Below, in pieces: positions 60,059 to 64,000 of a stretch of DNA of 64,000 nucleotides. Made by a program: the position numbers and the translations under genes. The notes beneath the pieces are model-generated. The model was given only the letters and a program-made list of their open reading frames with translations, had not been told where the DNA came from and did no database searches. Origin of the DNA: an uncultured Acidobacteriota bacterium (GTDB taxonomy: Bacteria > Acidobacteriota > Terriglobia > UBA7540); NCBI GenBank assembly GCA_963804995.1, contig CAWDSK010000006.1, forward strand, positions 1,312,001 to 1,376,000, written 5' to 3'. Positions within the stretch are counted from its first letter, which is position 1. Every line of letters starts with the position of its first letter.

Positions 60059-60236
60059 ATTGAAATCATAGCCCTCTCCAAGGGGTCGTAGATCCGCCGT
60101 GGCGGAAGAGGGTGGCCCGCCGCCGGCGTTTTCATCAGCCGGGGCGGGACGGGCCTACGCCCACCGAAGGGGCACCCGGGAACAGTAAACAACCTCAGCT
60201 TCGGCCCGCAGGCGGGTGAGGGGTTACTTCGCCACC
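60059..60236. repeat. CCCTCTCC family copy 4 with 59-nt insert (60154-60212) and extra mini-hairpin
   Basis: Direct repeat of 58794-58950. Confidence 0.85.
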
Positions 60237-60279
60237 TGCCGGATAACCAGTCGCCGGTCCACCGTAACCTCGCATCCGC

Positions 60280-60636
60280 TCAAGTCCGCATTCCCGCGGC
60301 GGCGGCATTTTCCTCGAAATGTTTCACTTCCTCCTCGCTTGCCCGCAGCGCGTGACGCAAGAAATCCTTTTCCTCCAGCGTGTACGGATAGATCGCGTAG
60401 TTCACCCAGGGGTCGGCGCCGGCGCTCGAATGGTCGCTCAGCATTCGGGTAATGCGCAGCCGCTTGTACAAGGCTTCATCCATCAAGCCCTTCTCCTCCA
60501 GCACGCCTTTCATGATGACGAGATCCTGCACGGCGCTGTTCAGCGTATAGCGCAGGTCCTGGATCTGCTGGCTCAATTCCTCCAGCGACTTGGGTGTCAA
60601 GAACAGCCGGAATAATCTTTCTTGAAAGAAGCTCAC
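60280..60636 (-). CDS. hypothetical protein, paralog of 6143-6499
   Basis: RBS GGAGGAGG; shared motifs. Confidence 0.8.
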   Translation of the reverse strand: MSFFQERLFRLFLTPKSLEELSQQIQDLRYTLNSAVQDLVIMKGVLEEKGLMDEALYKRLRITRMLSDHSSAGADPWVNYAIYPYTLEEKDFLRHALRASEEEVKHFEENAAAAGMRT

Positions 60637-60774
60637 AATTTCCTCCTCCCAAACGCAAAGCGGGGTGGGATTGCCGTCGCCATAGTCTACAACGAGCCGC
60701 GGCTGAAAACATTTGTGGCGTGAACCGCAGACTCAAAGAGCCGATCCGCGCTACACTTGCCCTGGGAGGAAAAC

Positions 60775-61140
60775 ATGGAACGGCAGGAAATGATCGCCAT
60801 CGACACGACCACGATGCCGTGGGAAGAAAAGTATCAGCCGGCCCTCGGCAAAAGCAACTACCTCAAGCGCTTGCTCCAGGACCCGGACACGGGCATGGAG
60901 GTCAGGCTGGTTCGCTACCCCGCCGGCTTCGTGACCACGTGGCACACCCACTCCTGCGCCCACGGCATGTACGTGCTGGAAGGCACTCTGGTCACTCACG
61001 CGGGCAGCTATGGTCCGGGCGCCTTCGTCTGGTTTCCGGAAGGCATGCTGATGGAGCATGGCGCCACCGCGGACAAGGAAGTGGTGGCCGTGTTCATCAC
61101 CAATAAGAAGTTCGATATTCACTTCGTGGAAAAGAAATAG
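60775..61140 (+). CDS. cupin domain protein (ChrR-like)
   Basis: RYPAGF..WHTH..HGMYVLEG, H in EHGA. Confidence 0.85.
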   Translation: MERQEMIAIDTTTMPWEEKYQPALGKSNYLKRLLQDPDTGMEVRLVRYPAGFVTTWHTHSCAHGMYVLEGTLVTHAGSYGPGAFVWFPEGMLMEHGATADKEVVAVFITNKKFDIHFVEKK

Positions 61141-61375
61141 ATGTTGAGGAGAACTATCCGCCGCCAGGTATGGCGGGGGCCAAGGGCAGTCGCGGAAATC
61201 AGCTAACAGCTCACAGCCGACAGCTTACAGTTTGTTCCGAGGGCCGACCTCCGTTCGGCCATGGGGTGAACACCTGGCTCGTCACTTGTCACTGAGCCTG
61301 CCCTGAGCCCGTCGAAGGGTCACACGTCACTGCTCTTAGCTTTCGCGGTCATAAAGAAACCGACGCCGCAAAGTC

Positions 61376-61467
61376 CCACGGCCGACCTGCCCCGATGCAT
61401 CGGGGTCTTGGCCGTGCCCATTCACGGGCGGGACCCCGATGCATCGGGGCAGGTCGGCCGTGGCACA
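61376..61467. repeat. CACGG REP pair, each arm with a CCCCGATGCATCGGGG palindrome
   Basis: Matches 3822-3865. Confidence 0.75.
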
Positions 61468-61746
61468 AGCTACGCGCGGGGCCAAGGATGAACCGAGCGG
61501 GACGGGGCTTTAGGGACTGTGTGAAAACGCAGTGTGAAAGGCCCGGGACGCTATGCCTTCGGCATGATAGGCTGAGCCCAAAGTCAGAACTGCGCTGACT
61601 GTGGGCCGTTACGAGTCGCGAGACCGGGCGTGGACCGCGCACCACTCCACAGTCGCCCGGGTAGAATCCACCGGGAGGCAGATAACGCCGTTCGTCTCGC
61701 AACGAACAATTGCGGCCGGGCCCCTGGGGTTCCCGGCCCCCTTCCT

Positions 61747-62001
61747 TTAACGCTTGAAATCCTTACCCCATGTATGGACTCTGTAGTGCTGGCGAAAGTG
61801 GCCATTGTTGTCATGTACCCAAACGTCCCCAGAGCGGGTATCGAAGAACGCGTGTTCACCCCCGCTATACGAGAATTGGATACTGGCGAAGTTTCCCGCC
61901 GCATCGGCGGCCGGGGGTTGAAAGTATGGTCTCAATGCGATCATCCCAAGGAACAAAAGGATGAGCGTGAGGATTGTCTTCGTGTAAAGGTCAATACGCA
62001 T
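61747..62001 (-). CDS. small membrane-anchored hypothetical protein
   Basis: RBS GGAGG; MRIDLYTKTILTLILLFLGMIALRP. Confidence 0.75.
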   Translation of the reverse strand: MRIDLYTKTILTLILLFLGMIALRPYFQPPAADAAGNFASIQFSYSGGEHAFFDTRSGDVWVHDNNGHFRQHYRVHTWGKDFKR

Positions 62002-62142
62002 GTGAGCGCCTCCAAGTAGGGATTTCGATTTTTCTCCCGAGTTCGAATGAGCCCACACCCGATTGCCTCAGGAGCTGCCAATAACATCGGGCGTGTTTGA
62101 TCAAACCTGGGCCGGTTTTCAGGAGCCGCGGCTGCGAGCTGC

Positions 62143-62367
62143 TCAGCGGCCGAAGAGCCCAAGCAGCCCAACCAGGATGAGGTAACAGCCCACGATATAT
62201 CTGAGGAGCTTGGGGAAAATCAAAATCATGATGCCTGCGGCCAGAGAAACCAACGGCGAAAACGAAGTGTAGTGCAGCGTAAAGGAGCCGCCCCTGGTCT
62301 GCGCGAGAGCCGTGGTGGTCAACAAACTGAATAGGACTATAGAGGTAACCCCTGCTTTGAGTTTCAA
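62143..62367 (-). CDS. DUF3096-like small membrane protein
   Basis: RBS AGGAGG, TTG start; LAAGIMILIFPKLLRYIVG.YLI.VGLLG. Confidence 0.75.
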   Translation of the reverse strand: MKLKAGVTSIVLFSLLTTTALAQTRGGSFTLHYTSFSPLVSLAAGIMILIFPKLLRYIVGCYLILVGLLGLFGR

Positions 62368-62509
62368 TCCACACCTCCTGTTACAAACCAAGCGTTGCGC
62401 AGGCCTGTTCGGTAGGTCCGCGGCTTTCTGGTATCAAGGGGGGACGAACCGCAGACCTTCAAGACAGGTCCGCGCTACACCTGCTCCTCGGCGGGGCGGG
62501 CGCCCAGGT

Positions 62510-62551
62510 AGCATCGCATAACGGCGGCAACTGTCTGTTCAATTTTGCTCA
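62510..62551 (-). promoter_or_regulatory. Crp-like site/promoter C
   Basis: minus strand TGAGC-N6-GAACA, CAGACA-16-GATGCT with upstream TG. Confidence 0.5.
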
Positions 62552-62631
62552 CGATGAGCAGATCTGTAACTGCTAGCCTGGATTTCTCACTGCGGCTTTG
62601 GAAGGGGGCGTTGATGTAGTGCCACGGGGCG

Positions 62632-62874
62632 GGTAGCCACGGTCAGCGCATTTCTGACCGTGGGCTTTTCCCTCGATGACAAACCGGAGTGCATGCACCT
62701 GTTGGCAAGGGGCCGACGAAGCGGGATTCGGGAAACGGGGCTCGGGATTTGGGATTCGGGGTTCACAACTCAGAACTAACTGTTAGCTGTCGGCTTACTT
62801 GACGACGTGCTATTTTCGCCGGGGTACCGTGCACGAGAAGAGCCCACGGTCAGAACTGCACTGACCGTGGCTAC
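62632..62874. repeat. inverted pair of GTAGCCACGGTCAG REPs (62632-62672, 62838-62874) enclosing heptamer runs
   Basis: Uninterrupted copies of the site split by the IS110. Confidence 0.9.
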
Positions 62875-62997
62875 GCGCTTGCTTCGAAGTTGATCGCCGC
62901 CCTGATCAAACTTGTGGGGCACGAAGCTTTAGCTCTGGCGGATAGCCGGCCGGCGGCAGGAATGGGGCCCCGGGCGAAAAGCCGAGGCAATCCCTAA

Positions 62998-63723
62998 CTA
63001 ATTGTGCAGGACAACGCTCATGAGGCCGCTGTTTACCGTCAACCCGCCGTTGCCCGCGTAATCGATAAAGCCCATGGTGCGGAACTTGTTCATGAAATGA
63101 CTGACCCGCGACCGGGTGGTGCCCACCATTTGGGCCAGGTGTTCCTGATTGATTCCGGGATGGACGGTTTCGGTTCTGCTTTCCTTGCCAAAATGCGCCA
63201 GCAATAAGAGAATCCGGGCCAGGCGCTTCTCGCTGGAGTTGAAAAGCTGGTCGACCAGATCCTCTTCAAATCGAATGTTGCGGGTAAGCAGGTGCGTCAT
63301 GAACAATTCCGAGACACCCTGCTGCTCGTGAAGCAGACGCACCATCAGCGACTTCTCGATCCTGTAAAGGGTGCAATCCGTCACCGCGGTCGCCCTTGCG
63401 ATGCGCAACGGCTGGCCGGCCAGGCATCCCTCACCAAAGAACTCGTTGTCACCCAGAACCGTGACGATCGCTTCCTTGCCTTCTTGGGATGTCACCGCGA
63501 GTTTCACCTCGCCATGCTGAAGATAGAACACGGAATCCGCAAGGTCTCCCTGCGCAAAGATCGTGCGGTTCGCGCCATATTCTAGAACCGATTTCCCGCG
63601 CGTGATTCCTGCGAGGAATGCCTGCCAATCGACAGGCTGAGTCATCCCGTTTGCTGTAGCCGGTGCAGGCTTGCCTTTGCCCATGGCCCTGACAATCTTA
63701 GACTGGCTCTTCTGTGGCTTCAT
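62998..63723 (-). CDS. Crp/Fnr family transcriptional regulator
   Basis: FFGEGCL..R.A.A cNMP pocket; LAQMVGTTRSRVS HTH. Confidence 0.95.
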   Translation of the reverse strand: MKPQKSQSKIVRAMGKGKPAPATANGMTQPVDWQAFLAGITRGKSVLEYGANRTIFAQGDLADSVFYLQHGEVKLAVTSQEGKEAIVTVLGDNEFFGEGCLAGQPLRIARATAVTDCTLYRIEKSLMVRLLHEQQGVSELFMTHLLTRNIRFEEDLVDQLFNSSEKRLARILLLLAHFGKESRTETVHPGINQEHLAQMVGTTRSRVSHFMNKFRTMGFIDYAGNGGLTVNSGLMSVVLHN

Positions 63724-63839
63724 AACAGCCTTTCCTTTCTCCGTACTGACGGCGAATCCGTGGACTTCAGCATGGAAAATGCACGCAATAACACCGATTT
63801 GGATCTTCGATCCTGAACTCTAGTTATCCACTGGCTGAG

Positions 63840-63882
63840 ATGGTAGCCTTCGCAGAAGGCCCTGTCGGTAGGCTGCCGAACA
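63840..63882 (-). promoter_or_regulatory. Crp-like site/promoter D upstream of the Crp gene
   Basis: minus strand TGTTC-N6-CTACC, CCGACA-17-TACCAT. Confidence 0.5.
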
Positions 63883-64000
63883 CTGGCAGGGAATATTAAA
63901 GGATCTCATCGATCGTCGTCTTTCCGGCAGTATTCACGCGTCCGGCTTGAAAGTCTTTCCTTGACGCAGTGGTCCTTCGCCAAACCTGTCCTCCCGGATA

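Noticed and set aside
63896..64000. 3' end of a minus-strand gene at the window edge
   Set aside because: Only about 34 open codons visible, nothing recognisable.

Overview
64-kb window of a GC-rich bacterial chromosome, probably Acidobacteriota (inferred from gene content and protein style). Housekeeping blocks: asnS-TIM barrel-ggt; yitJ; xseB-ispA-dxs; ilvB-ACT-ilvC-proC; and M20 peptidase-asd-dapB-dapA-dapD. It also holds an ECF sigma/anti-sigma envelope-stress operon, an RND pump, a GH2 plus ChbG-deacetylase pair, several toxin-antitoxin genes or remnants and a Crp-family regulator. Many intergenic gaps carry short palindromic or repeat elements, often nested. Most notable: (1) an IS110/IS1111 element that split a REP hairpin, with target and donor guides readable in its downstream bridge-RNA region; (2) a low-GC predicted RNase gene faced by a convergent, promoter- and terminator-bounded ~110-nt RNA; (3) four-helix-bundle and GxxExxY genes wrapped in inverted short-period repeat arms, seen as full, internally deleted and empty forms; (4) a 34-nt module repeatedly inserted into GGCAG heptamers; (5) six +1 frameshifts at GCTCGA^C, probably modification-linked sequencing errors; (6) five promoters sharing a Crp-like site. 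No rRNA, tRNA or CRISPR array was recognised.
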